Shown here piece by piece: positions 1 to 11,700 of a stretch of DNA of 64,000 nt (within the stretch, counting starts at the first letter, position 1; every line of letters starts with the position of its first letter). Source of the DNA: Klebsormidium nitens (lineage: Eukaryota; Plantae; Klebsormidiophyceae); the NCBI GenBank assembly GCA_000708835.1, contig DF236965.1, forward strand, positions 124,001 through 188,000, written 5' to 3'. Under the pieces are notes generated by a model. It ran no database searches, was not told the origin of the DNA, and was given only the letters and a program-made list of their open reading frames with translations. Made by a program: the position numbers and the translations under genes.

Positions 1-639
1 GTCATGCTGTGCTGATAGTCACTATGGCAGAAGCGGAGCCTGCTGTGGTGATGGGTGACATTACTATGATCATGTATGGTTGAGCAGTTAAAAGTTGGAC
101 CGTGGACCGTTTTGTCGTTAAGCTCTTGATGGCTGGTCCGACCAATTATTGGTCAGCACTGGTTTTGCATGCTAACTCACGTGGATCTGCAAGTTGCCTC
201 CGACGATGGAACACATGCGTTATTCTTCAAGGAAGCGATCCATTCAGCAGCGAGGTCTTTTGCACGCATGCAAGGATGCCAGCCATATTGTGCATGGGCC
301 GCTAGTGCATCGTTAAGTTTGACAACAGCAAGTCTTACTGCATGCTTTTCGCAATTGCCTATGACTAAGCCGTAGAGTGTGGCTCACATGGCATGGCGTT
401 CATTCTCATGGCCTACTTCTGTTCGAGCCTAGCGAGAGAGCTTGGGCCTCCACTTGCCAAGTTATCTGCAAAAGTAAATGGACTTGGGGAGAATTGGCCG
501 TGATCCCAAGCTCGGCCGGAATAACATCAACTTCTCGATAAAATGTTGGGCTATATAGCCCTCAAAAGGTACTAATGTTTTGAAACGCGTGGCGACCCAG
601 GCCACCGTGACCGGATATGCAGAAGCCTGAGCAGTGGTA

Positions 640-722
640 TTTCGGATGGTCTAGTGGTAAGATCGAGGGACTCTGCGAACATTGACTCACGATAGATCGC
701 GGGTTCAATCCTGGCCGCGCTG
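640..722 (+). ncRNA. tRNA-derived Pol III element (SINE head or tRNA pseudogene, tRNA-Gln-like 5' half)
   Basis: A-box TGGTCTAGTGG (647-657) and B-box GGTTCAATCC (702-711). The D-arm GTCT/AGAT pairs, and GGACTCTG resembles the tRNA-Gln(CTG) anticodon region. The acceptor and anticodon stems do not pair, so this is not an intact tRNA. Confidence 0.5.
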
Positions 723-2570
723 AAACGCCAGTTGCATGATTTGCAATTTCTTTCCGACGATCTGCTGATGACTTTTCCCAGTAGCCCCCGGGCGAAAAGG
801 GTTGCTACAGCACGCCTCGTCGGACTGTTGAAAACTTTTAGTGAGACTGAATAATTTGCGCGGCCGCGCAAATGCGCGCGACGTTTAGCATGCGGCGGCC
901 GCGCAGGCCGGCCCGCGCTTGTTCTCGCGCGGCCGGGAGGTTTACGGGCGGTTCTACAGTTTGAGTCTATCCGGTCCATACCACGCGTCCGGTACCTACC
1001 GTTTAAGGAAAGATCTTGAAGCGGTCCTACTTTTCCGGGCATACCCTGGTACGACCTACATACGAAGTACCTACGTTAGTAAGGTAGGTACCTAGGTACC
1101 TGATTGAACCAAATTGGTTTGAGCCCCAGTCGGTTTTGCCCCCCGGGTCATGAGGACCACCGGGGCGGCGGGGATAGTAAGGACCCGGGAATCCTCGGAG
1201 TTCAACCGTAGGACCAGTTGAGACCGGTTGCAGTTGGGGGATCGACTCGACTACCGGCCTATGGACCATTGCACCCGAAAGTGCAAAGCGCGGTACACAC
1301 CGGACACATCCAGGAGATCTGCATTTGCAGGCTGAGGCGGTACCTCTTCGATGATGATTGCTAGGCATGTGAGCACTGAGGCTGCAGCGGCGGCCAGCCA
1401 TTCCTGTTCCTGTTCCTGTTCCTGCTTCCCCTTCGCGTTCACTGTTCAGCTGGCAGGGTTCAAGAAAAGCCTTCCAAAGAACGCCCTGGTCGACGTTGCA
1501 ACGTTAGCAAGTTGGTTGAATGCCCGGATTTCTGTGGATGCTTTAGATGTATTTGGCGAGCACTTATTCAAGAGGCTATGCTCCTGGCAAGCTCTGACTA
1601 TCTTGAGAATCAGCTACCGCAAGCTGTAGCGTTAGTTTTGGGTCGGGACAACATATTAATCTCAGAAGGACTGCAACCCCATGAGAGTGGCTGGCTGGAA
1701 CTTGTGTAAGATGGCAGGCTTTGAAGCAAGTAGAGGACACCATGAAAGGCGCGCAAGAGGATACTCTATACGACCGCCTTCTTTGTGATAGCAATCTGAG
1801 ACCGTTGTTGCAGAACTTGAAAGTGAGTGGGGTTTGCTCGAATCCAGCGTGAAGGAGTTGGGTTTACAACGTAAGTTTTGTCGTCATTGGGCGAAGCCTT
1901 GTCGTTTCAAGCAGTCCCGTCGCTCAAAGTTGTTGAAAATTGCAGCATTCAATTTGCAACAAAGTTGCACCACAGCAAGAATCTCGGCATTTAGATGTGC
2001 AAACAGGAAGCAGGTAAAGAGAGCATTAGCCATAAGTCGCTGAACAATCTTGAGCTCATTTGACCAGCCAGAGATTTGGCTGGTTGATTGAAGGGCTCCT
2101 GATCATGATCCAGGTCGTGGTGTCACTTTGATGCAGTGGTTGAATGTGCCAAGCTGTTTCTGTCATCACATTTGATCGTGCAAGCCTTGCCTTGCTTTTA
2201 CTATTAAAAGCTCACCTGATCTTTGCTCGCACTAAGTTCCTGATCTTAAGAAATAATTTTGTATTTTGCTTCTTGTGTCTATTATTGTTATGCCTAGTAT
2301 CAGGGAAGGGCGCTAGATTTGGCAGATGAGGTTGGAAACTTCTGCATCGCTCATCAATGTTGCCAGACAGGAAGGCTCATGAGCGTGCTGGTCACAAGGA
2401 TATCCTGGTGACAGGTTCAAGAGGTGCGATGGTTGTAGGTTGTACTGAGCTTGAAGTTTGGCTTCTCATAAGGCTTGCAATTTGACGCCGCTTCTCTCTT
2501 TGGCTTCATTCTACGTAATTTGTTTTGGAGGACAGGTTGAAGGACAGCCAGGCAAGGAGCCAGCTGTGCA

Positions 2571-5500
2571 ATGACCAGACCACAGTCGGCATCAACCCGC
2601 AGTCAGCATCCGACTGCTTGTATTGAATGCGAAGATGAGCTTGCCACTTCTTGGTGCGAGGTTAGTCCACATCAGCTCGCTTCAAGATTTCAGAATCAGA
2701 AGCTCTTGAAAATGGGTGTTTTCGATGGATCGGAAGCAATCGAGCGTCAGCTCCCTGTGTAAGCTCCTTGCTGGTTTCCTCCTTTAATGGATGCAGATTC
2801 GGTGTGGTCTTAGGTTCTAAATCAGTGTGTGACTGGCTCGGTTTCTTGTATCATGGATCAGCCCTTCCATGCTGACCGCATCTCGCTTTTCTCCAGGAGT
2901 GTCGCACAAGCTTCTGTGAGGTGAGCCTCGACGTCTTACTTTAACTTTGTTGGCGGTGGCTAGTCCTTTTGAGGGCCTAAATTTGGTATGTGGGGGAGAT
3001 GCACGATGGGCACTGCTTGACAGTGATCGAAGATTTTATGACATGTGGCTCTCTACAACGTGAGGATCTGGTCTGCGCCGTATGCTTTGTCCAGCTTCTC
3101 CATTGCTCAAAAGATGGTGGCGCTGACTGAAAAGCTCACTTTTGGCCACCATGTTCCAGGAATGCGACCTCCATCAGCACCATCCAAAAAGCTTGCGCCG
3201 AGAGCATGTCAGGACGCCAATCAGTCCTCCGGAACCCCCGGCCGCGGCGGCATCAAGAGCCGGCTTGCTCTCAAAGGCGTTTGCGACAGAGGAAACGGCC
3301 TGGAGTGCAGAGGGTGACGAAGATTCAGCAGAGGACGGACCTGCAGATAGTGGTCTCACTTCTGCTAACCAGGGGGCTTTCAGTTCTGGTGGGAAGTTGG
3401 AGAGTGGGAGCAGCCACCATGCGCTCAAGTCGAAACGGAAGCACAAGAAGAAGCGGGGGAAAAGTAGGGGTCACTCAAAGGACAGAGTGGAGGGTGGGGG
3501 AGTTGAAGCGGAAGGGCATGAAGATGGAAGGGCTGAGCCCAGCCCTACCAAGGGGCTGGATTGTCAGGTTAGAAAGGAGAAGGACGGGGATTCCGGAGGA
3601 AGCTCATCCGTCGAGCACTTGAGGGAACGCCCGGTGAGTTGCCTGGTTCTAAGGGTCCGGCAAGCTCCAAGGAGTCTTAAGATTCTCAAATTGATTGATT
3701 AGTTATGTTGAGATTGGTGCGTCATTGAGCCTTGTTTCCCAGGTGGCTGCTACACCAGCGGGGCGCTTCACGTGAGCACAGGCGGATGTTGCTGGCATTG
3801 CAACTGTTTGTCACACTTGCAACAAGGGTATCGTGAGACGAAGATGTAGGGACTTTGGTGTTGTCATCGAGAGTAAGAGGTTCTAACTCTCTGATGATGG
3901 GCGCTTTGGTCTTCTGTCGACTTCTGCCAATTAAACATCAAGCAGCTCTTTCTCTCTCTTTCTCTCTGTATTTCAAAGACTGTGCATACCCGAAGTCGCT
4001 CGCTGGCAATGACGTGTGTTCTCAGAAGCTTGGAAGACTCCCTCACCTTAAAACTTTGTCGTCTGCCAACCCTCAGGTCTGGAAGAAGCGCAAGTCGTCC
4101 CTGAAGGGCAGCCATGAAGCGGCCGGAGAGGGGCCCCGGCAGTCTCTGCACGTGCACTGGTCGCCCGACGTCAAGGACCACAGGGCAGAGGATCACTCGC
4201 CCTCATATGGCAGCCCCCGCCGCTTCGTCCCGTTCATCAGCAACCGCCGCAAAAAGTATGCGGAAAAGCACCACAAGAAGCATCACAAGGGAGCGGCAGA
4301 GCATGCCGACAAGCGGGGCAAGGGCAAGGGGCGGAAGAGCCATGAAGCGCCAAGGTCACCAGGGTGAGTCAGAATCAAGTTTACAAGGTGGTTATAGCTT
4401 GTGGGGGTCAAGGATACAACTAGTTTGGGCCCTGTCTCATCAAGGCCGTGTGTAAACTTAGAAATCTCAGGAAAGTAGTCTTCAGGGCAGTTGGTAGAAC
4501 GTCTTTGATTGAGCATTTGAACCAGTTGACGTCAGGTTTTGCGGTGACACTCGTGTGCTTTTAGAATTTACTGTCGAGCTTGTTTAAGCATTGCTTGATA
4601 TTTCTAAATCAGGCAAGTCGCATCTTTTCTAACTATCTGGCTTCTCAAGCCTTGATATCAAACGTCTTACCCAAATTCTGTCATTTATAGTCCGTCAGGC
4701 TCTTATTGCATTACTGGTTGAGGCAGGCTGAAACCCCTCGGGGCAGTCTGTTAGTGCTGCACCTAGAAGAAGCGTATATGGTTCTCGTCTCAAGGAGCTA
4801 ACACGACACGATTGCCATGATTGCAGAGCAAAGAAGGCCCACCTGGAAAGTGCTCCCGCCACCGGCCTCAGCGACGCCTCTGAGAGCGCAGATTCGGACG
4901 CGTTTAGCCCAGTCTGGCCAAGGGACTCCAGCGACAAGTCGGAGGGCACGAGCGATGACTCCAGCTTCGAGGACAAGATGGAGCCCCGACATCGTGTTCC
5001 GGACGTCCAGCTCAAGCTGCCAGAAGCCCGAAGCGGAAGAGGGTCCGAAGTCGAGAACGAAGAGATCCCGGGGGGGTCTGGTAAGGAGCAGGGGGCTAGA
5101 ACGGGTTCGGAAGCTGGGTTGAAGATGTCGGAGGAGGTTTCGGTGCTGAAGAGGGAGGGCGCCGCGCTGAAAGCGGTGCCGTTTGGAGAGATTGTGAGCA
5201 GCAGCGGGGCGGAGGACACAGCGGAAGAATCGGCGACGGAGGACGATTCAATGGCGGGGGGGATGGATCTCGACTCGTCGGAGACCGAGATGCTGGCCGG
5301 CGGTGCCAAGGAGCAGCCCCCCGGACGCTCCTGGAAGTGGTTTGAGAGATTCATGGGGAAGAAGAAGTCGGATGCGCCGGAGAGCAAGGGGCCTGCTCAG
5401 GAGAGGGAAAAAGCTGCGCGGTCAACAAAGGGGCCTGCGAAGAAGGGCTTGGTAGACGAAAGAGGAGGGGTGGGTTCTGTTCCAGCGGTGGAGAAGAGCC

Positions 5501-7296
5501 CGTTGGGTTTGATCCGCAACTCGAATAGCAGAGCGGAGTTCGGCGCTGCACCGCAGTACAGCAGGACCGCGCCTGCAAAAGCTCCGGCGGGAGACGCTCC
5601 GAATGAATTGAGGGTGGGAAATGATTCGGGCGAACTGGAGAACGCCCGCGGTCGGATGGAGTCTGCGGCGAGGCTGGCACAGGGTGGCGACACTGTAAAA
5701 GCTGTGTGCGAGTACGAGGCTGCTATTCGCTTATTCCGGTCTCAGTATAGCGCAGCCGGTCGCCAGGCGCTGCAAGGGGAGGCGCAAGCGTGGGAAAAGA
5801 TCGCCGCCCTACAGAAACGGGAAGACAACGGCGCGGCGGCAGGACGGGGTTACTTGGCTGCCGCGCGGGTGTATCAGAGGTTGGGTATGGAGCCGGAAAT
5901 GGGGGCGTGTCTGCAGCAGGCACGTGAGCTGCAAAAGGGGGGGAGCAGTGACGAAGAAGCGGCGGAGGAGGGGCCTAAAGCACAGGCAGAGGCGACCGTC
6001 GCTAGAAAGGGAGAAAAGGATTCGAACGAAAAGCAGGGGATGCTAACAAAGAGCGCGGACGACGATTCGACGAGGGGAACACGCGAATTTGGGAACGGTA
6101 ACACTAGCGTAGAGCAGGACAAGGTGTTTCCAGCACAGGGCAGTACAGTAGCAGTGAACAGTAGCCCGCAACCTGTACAGAGCAGTAACAAGCAGGACTT
6201 AGCGCAGGGTCTAGTGTACAATAACGAGGGGGCCAAGGGGGCCAGCGGCAAGAGGGGGCCCAAGAAGAAGGGGAAGGGCGCGGCCAGTAAGGGCACATCT
6301 GAAGTCGGTGTAGCCAAGACGGCACCTGGAGAGGGGTCTGACGACAAAGTGCAGGCCGAAACGGTGCAATCGGGACCGGTAGTCATTTCAGGCACGCCGG
6401 TGAGGAGAGGAGACTCAGGCGGAAGTTTTGCGGGGAGCGGGGCCGTCGCTGCCAGCCAGGTTGACACCACTGCGTCAATCGCAAGGAGCCGCAAGTCTGG
6501 GGCGGCGGCAGTGGCGTCAGGCGACGCGGACAAAGGGAAGGCGCTTCTGGTCGGGGCGTTGGTAGCGGCTCGGAAGGGGGGCGTGAAAGCGGAGGAGGCG
6601 CGCTGCCTGCGCCTGCTGGCGGATTCCCAGGCCACCGAGGAACAGCGCGTGCGGACGCTCGAGCAGGCGGTGCAGGGGATGCGGGACTCGGGCCTGCGGC
6701 TGGAGGAGGCTGAAGCGCTGTACCGGTTGGCTGACACCAAGCTGACGCAGTACCTCGGAAACAAGGCTGCAATCCAGGCGGCGGTGTCGGGCGTGCCGGG
6801 GAAAGAAGACGTGGCGCTGGTAGAGAGCGCCCGGAAGAGCCTGCTGGCAGCCGCTCAGATCTTGCAGGTGGCTGATCTGTGGAAGGGGCCGGAAACGGTT
6901 TCGGAACGACCCGCCCGCGAGATACTGAGCCCGACGCGCACGAACCGGCCGGAGGTGGTGACTCTTCCGGCGAGAGGGAAGTTTGCCGCGAGGAACGGAA
7001 GGGGTGGGGAGAATGCGGAGAACGGTGTCACCTTTGGAACGAAGGGGGCGTCTGAAGGGGTTCCGGTCAGAGTGGGAGGCCCGGGCTTGAACGGACGGAA
7101 TGCGGATGAGGTGCGCGTTTTGAGGGAGCTGTACGGGCTGGTCTGCCAGGGTGTCGGGAAGGCTTCCATTCTGCTGGGGCAGATGGGCGCAGCAAAAGAG
7201 AACTTCCAGGAGGCGCTTTCGAACGTCGAATGGACGTCCAAGTATGGGGATGAAGCTAAAAGGGTGCGGGACATTATGGGCAGGCTTCCGCGCTGA
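2571..7296 (+). CDS. B-box zinc finger + low-complexity linker + TPR-like helical repeat protein (~1138 aa)
   Basis: Model 2571-2660, 2897-2920, 3160-3633, 4077-4363, 4755-7296; all GT-AG and in frame (3417 nt). Exons 1-3 join to CIECEDELATSWCEECRTSFCEECDLHQHHPKSLRREHVR (B-box-type C/H spacing). The last exon contains the 772-aa ORF with TPR-like helices (AVCEYEAAIRLF, VGKASILLGQMGAAKENFQEAL). The 4363/4755 junction is the least certain. Confidence 0.7.
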
Positions 7297-7392
7297 CGGC
7301 CGTGAAAAAAGGTGTACAGGTCTTGGTTTTACAACTAAAAGCTTGAGACGACTAGTCGGAGCAGCGTGTCACTTCGAGACGCGTTTTGTAGG

Positions 7393-8300
7393 TTAGGAGC
7401 TCTGGCTAACGAGAGACTTTGTCAACCTATTGTGGTTTGAAGAATAAGGGATCGAAGCATTTAGGAGCTTCTTTGTAAGTTCCTTAACGCGTTGGCTGAA
7501 AGTCCTGCCTTCTGCTTTCAAAACGAGGATGCCTGACACAGCAGCATGAATCGGGGGCTCAGTGTGGTTGTACGTTAGGCCTTTATGCATGGAAGCATCG
7601 GATGAGCTGGCAGCGGCCTGAGTGTCCTCAAGTGCATACACTTCGGATGCGACGGTACTGAATCGTATGGAAGGTCGACAACGACCGCTGGTCCTTGTTG
7701 TTGTTCAGGGCCCTGCAGTGCTTCAACTTCCTATGTGAGCATGTGCTGCTCATGCCAGCTTCTGCACTCAATGCGCCGGTACGCATTCCATGATGAACAT
7801 GTCGGATAAATTATGTCCGGCCTGACCTAGTTGACTAGGTATACGTCGCACTGACACATATGCGCAGACTGAAAGGCGCACAATTCATGATGACGCAGGC
7901 CACATGTATCTCATCACTGTGCATTGCAGAGTAATAATCTGATTTGCACAGATTGAGGATGCACATGCATCAACAAGACGCGGGCCACACGAATCATCTT
8001 CTAGAAGCCATGCATGAGGTACATGTAAAGAAGGAAACCTGTTCATCACCCTTGATCACCTTGTAGATCTGCATGGCCACTGCATTTTGCTGGGCCAAGT
8101 GTATAACGCGCAACGCATGCCGAGCGATCCTAAGCATGCAGACTACTCAGTAGCCTCCGTGACATTGTCGAGCAGCAACCCACGTCAAGATCGCCTTCGC
8201 CGGAGAACACTCAGTTCAGTTCTGCTCATTGTTGCATGAGCCCGTGTGTAGCCTAGGCCGTGCAAGCTCCAGTGCCCGAATCTTGCACTGACTTTGACCG
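7393..8300. other. Decayed TpG/CpA-rich tract, probably a methylation-eroded repeat or pseudogene
   Basis: Dense CATG/TGCA words by eye. One minus-strand frame is interrupted only by TGA stops over ~230 codons. No family could be recognised. Confidence 0.35.
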
Positions 8301-8756
8301 AATTATATACCTTCAGAGATTATGTGTCCATCCACCTTTCAAGTTTAAAGCTTAGCTTTTTGTTGGCCCGTACAAGGCCGGAACCCGACTCACCACAATT
8401 TTTCCTGCGTCTAAAGAATCAGTATATGACCTTCTATAGTCTGTGCAAGGACACTGCGAGATCCTTTGAGGACAAACATTCTCCAGTTTTGACAACCTTC
8501 CGCTTCCGAGATCAGGGGGCGTGCCAGTCAACTCCACCAGCTTGTTCACCTGGCAGCTTTGAGAATCATTACCCCCCTTGCCGTAGTGCTCTTACAATTT
8601 CCCAAATGCGTACACGTTCCGTGACCGTTCGTGCAAACGAGTCCGCGAATGGGCCGCAGCAAAATATGTCAACCTTGCTAGCCAGTTCGAGTGCCCCAGC
8701 AAAAAGTTTGTAAGCAACACTTTTGTGCAACGCCTAGATTCCGTTTCTGGTTGCAA

Positions 8757-11700
8757 TCAGGCTTCCGGGTCCGGCGGGGGCGCTGGCTGCTGGTGGGTGT
8801 CCATGCTGTGGTGGGCCTTGTGGAAGTCCTGGAACTCGACCGCCTTCTGCTGCTCCCTCCGCCGCCGCAGCCCGAACAGCACCCCCACCGCCAGCAGCCC
8901 CACCGCCGCCGCGCACCCCACCGCGATGCCGACAATCGCGGCGACCTGGGGAGACGCTCAGCAGTGTTGAGATCAAAGGAGCTCAGGAGAAGCTTGAATA
9001 ACGTGTACGCATGATGTTCAATGAATGGTGATCCAATATTCGTACGAGACCTACCTTTTAGGTTACTCGACAATGCATCAGTAACTCGACAATGCATCAG
9101 TAACTATACCCAAAGGTTAGAAGTTGACAGAAATGGAGCTCGAGCGACGCGCTAAGCTTCACCGGGAAACGGACCGCCTTTTGATGAGACCAAGGAGGCA
9201 CCATGCGGCGCCCCCGCCGCGACTGAACCCGGAGCAGATGTGCGAAAGTGGTCTTCGTGCGGGCGCAGACTGAATCGCGTGTTCCGGTATCAGATCTGGT
9301 GCTATATTGTTGATGTAGCGGGAGATTGGGCGCACCAGCCTTATTTCTAGAGGCCGCAAGCCGCCTGCTACAAGATTGCAGAATCTATGGAGGGCCCCTC
9401 GGCTTTTTTCAGCCTGCTCAAGAATCATATTCTCTAACTAGCCTCAAACCGACAGAATACACGCGACCCATCACCAAGTCAATTTAATACTCCCACTCCA
9501 ATCCGTGATCATGAAATGCGGGATGCCGCAAGGGCGCACCAACCCATCGTCGGATTTCGCTACCGCCATACGCGAGCGACCACATAACAGACTCCTTTCT
9601 GCTTGAACGGAGAAAGCGTCCCTTGGGCCTTACCCCTATTCCGCCGGACCCCTCCGAAGATGCGAGTGACGTGGACCCCGGAGGTGCCACGCTGGCAGCC
9701 ACGGCGGCAGCGCTGCTGACAGTACCTGCGCGCGCGCACGAGCGTTGTCAAGCAGGGTTTTGAAAAAAGTAGCAGGCAACCGGCCAGCAAAGCGCGGACA
9801 GCATCGACTGCCCTCACAGGGAGAGATCAGCGTTGGTCTCTGCTTGATCAAACGCCCTTCTACCAGAGGAACGGAATTTATGCTAGATTCAAGACTCATC
9901 TGATGGCCTTCAACCAATCATGGTTAAGGGCGAAAATTTCTTGTGCCTGCCGCAGGACGAGAAAAGATGATTGCAATGGCACGCGCTCTGTTGCGAGCGC
10001 GCCCTCTGGCTGACGAAATGGGGCTTGGCTCGAGCCCTGCAATTGTTAGAAGTGTAACAGCCGGACCTCTCCTTTGTGTAGAACACGCCGGGAGAAACTT
10101 GCGAATGAACACGTCAACGCTAACGCTTTAAAACAAGAATGATTGACAGCGCAGCACACGCAGGCTGCAGGCTTGCGAAGCAGATTGGTCCCGCCGGTCA
10201 GTTCGGCCGTTCCGATGGATCTAACGCAGGTCGATTTGGTCAAATGCAATTAGATCTTCCACGTGGTCAGAGGCAATCAAAACACAGACATGCCTTTAGC
10301 CAAGAACGATTGTCGTTGAGAACTGGTTGTCAAGATATTCTTGTCAATGACGTCACTCCCGTACAACGCAGCTCACCCGCCGGCGGGGAGGGCGCGGCGG
10401 TGGCGGCCGGCGGCACGCTGTACGGCGCAGGGCACTCGGGCCCGTTGTAGCCCGTCACGCAGACGCACTGGACGACCTTCTGCTGACCGCGGTTGCTGAA
10501 CAGTGACGTGGTGTCGCACCGCTGCTTCTCCGGGCACACCAGGCCGTTGGAGCACACCTGGCCCCCGGAGGCGGGCGCCGCTGCACATAACGAAGAACTT
10601 TTGATAAGTGTGGAATGGTTGCTTGCGCATCCTTCTTTTCTGCAAAGCTGGGGAGCTTAAGATCCATCGAACCAAGCCAGGAGGGATGACTTTGTTTGTC
10701 CATAATGTCTGATTCTATTTTAAAGAGCTAACACCATCGAGAGTGCAAGACAGCACGATTGTCTTCAGCTTTTCGGTGCAAATCTTCTCTTCTTTTACGA
10801 GCTTGGCCTTTTCTTTGAGAAGCATTCACAATCTCTCTGGTCAAACATTGAGCGATCAAAATAGACCTATGGATTAGGTAGAATAGTTCTAGGTATGGTC
10901 TGGTCACGGACCGGCGAAGGGGTGGGGTTAGTTTCGGGGTCAGGGTGGGTACGCATGCAGAGCAGGGACATTTGTCAGTTTGGGTTTTTTGTTTCGTTTT
11001 CCCCGGGGACTGTTGCTACCATACCTAGAAACTATTATAAGAGTATCTGGGGGGCAGCGTTGGATGAGATGCAGCGGGGATTATCTTTCTGACCAAGGAG
11101 CGTTTTATGAAAGCAAGCAATGAACATAATTCTCGGCTTGACATGCGGGAGGCTGCGTAAGGCTCTGTAAATCGTGCCTGGCTAATCTCGGAATTATCAG
11201 GGCAAATACAAGTCCACGTGGTCTGGTAAGTGAAAACCCATCGTGATTGCTCTGCATTACAGGTATGTCTGAGAAAGACTTAAGGCAGGCATGTTTAAGG
11301 CGATGAGGATAAGTTGCTGACAGAGACCCGACAATCCTGCTGTGTCCGTTGGAACAGAGAGCGAGCAGAAATAGCTTGAAGAGGCAGACTATATATTACC
11401 CCAAGTACGTTTGGCACACTTTCCTGTTTACTGCCGCTGCCAAGCTGTTTCCATACGCCTGGGCTACTGACTTTCCAAGGTTTGTCGGGATGGGAGTTGG
11501 CTCCCAAGATCAGATTTTTACAACTTGGTAAGGACACCATGGACCGAAGTCTCAACGGTTAAGGTGTGGGCATGTGGGCTGGCATCTCCATCTAGCGCGG
11601 CTGGGTTGATTCAAGCTCCATGACCTTGGAACGTGCACCAGCAGTCTGAAAGGTTAAGAGCCTTGCGGCGCAAGTACTGCCAGAAAAATCACTGTGAACG

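Noticed and set aside
1380-1830. Protein-like frames (CPDFCGCFRC...; ALKQVEDTMKG...LQNLK followed by GTGAGT)
   Set aside because: The frames are offset and interrupted by stops, no family is recognisable, and an in-frame stop precedes the B-box ATG. Probably UTR or a relic.
7393-7641. TFSQRVKELTKKLL segment suggesting a tyrosine recombinase
   Set aside because: No RHR/HxxR catalytic motifs or catalytic Tyr in register.
8691-9014. Several overlapping GC-rich ORFs in the supplied track
   Set aside because: These are shadow frames of the minus-strand TM exon 8945-8757.
11040-11560. Antisense coding-like stretch (TIYYPKYVWHTFLF...) in an EGF-gene intron
   Set aside because: Short, flanked by stops, with no recognisable domain or credible exon chain.
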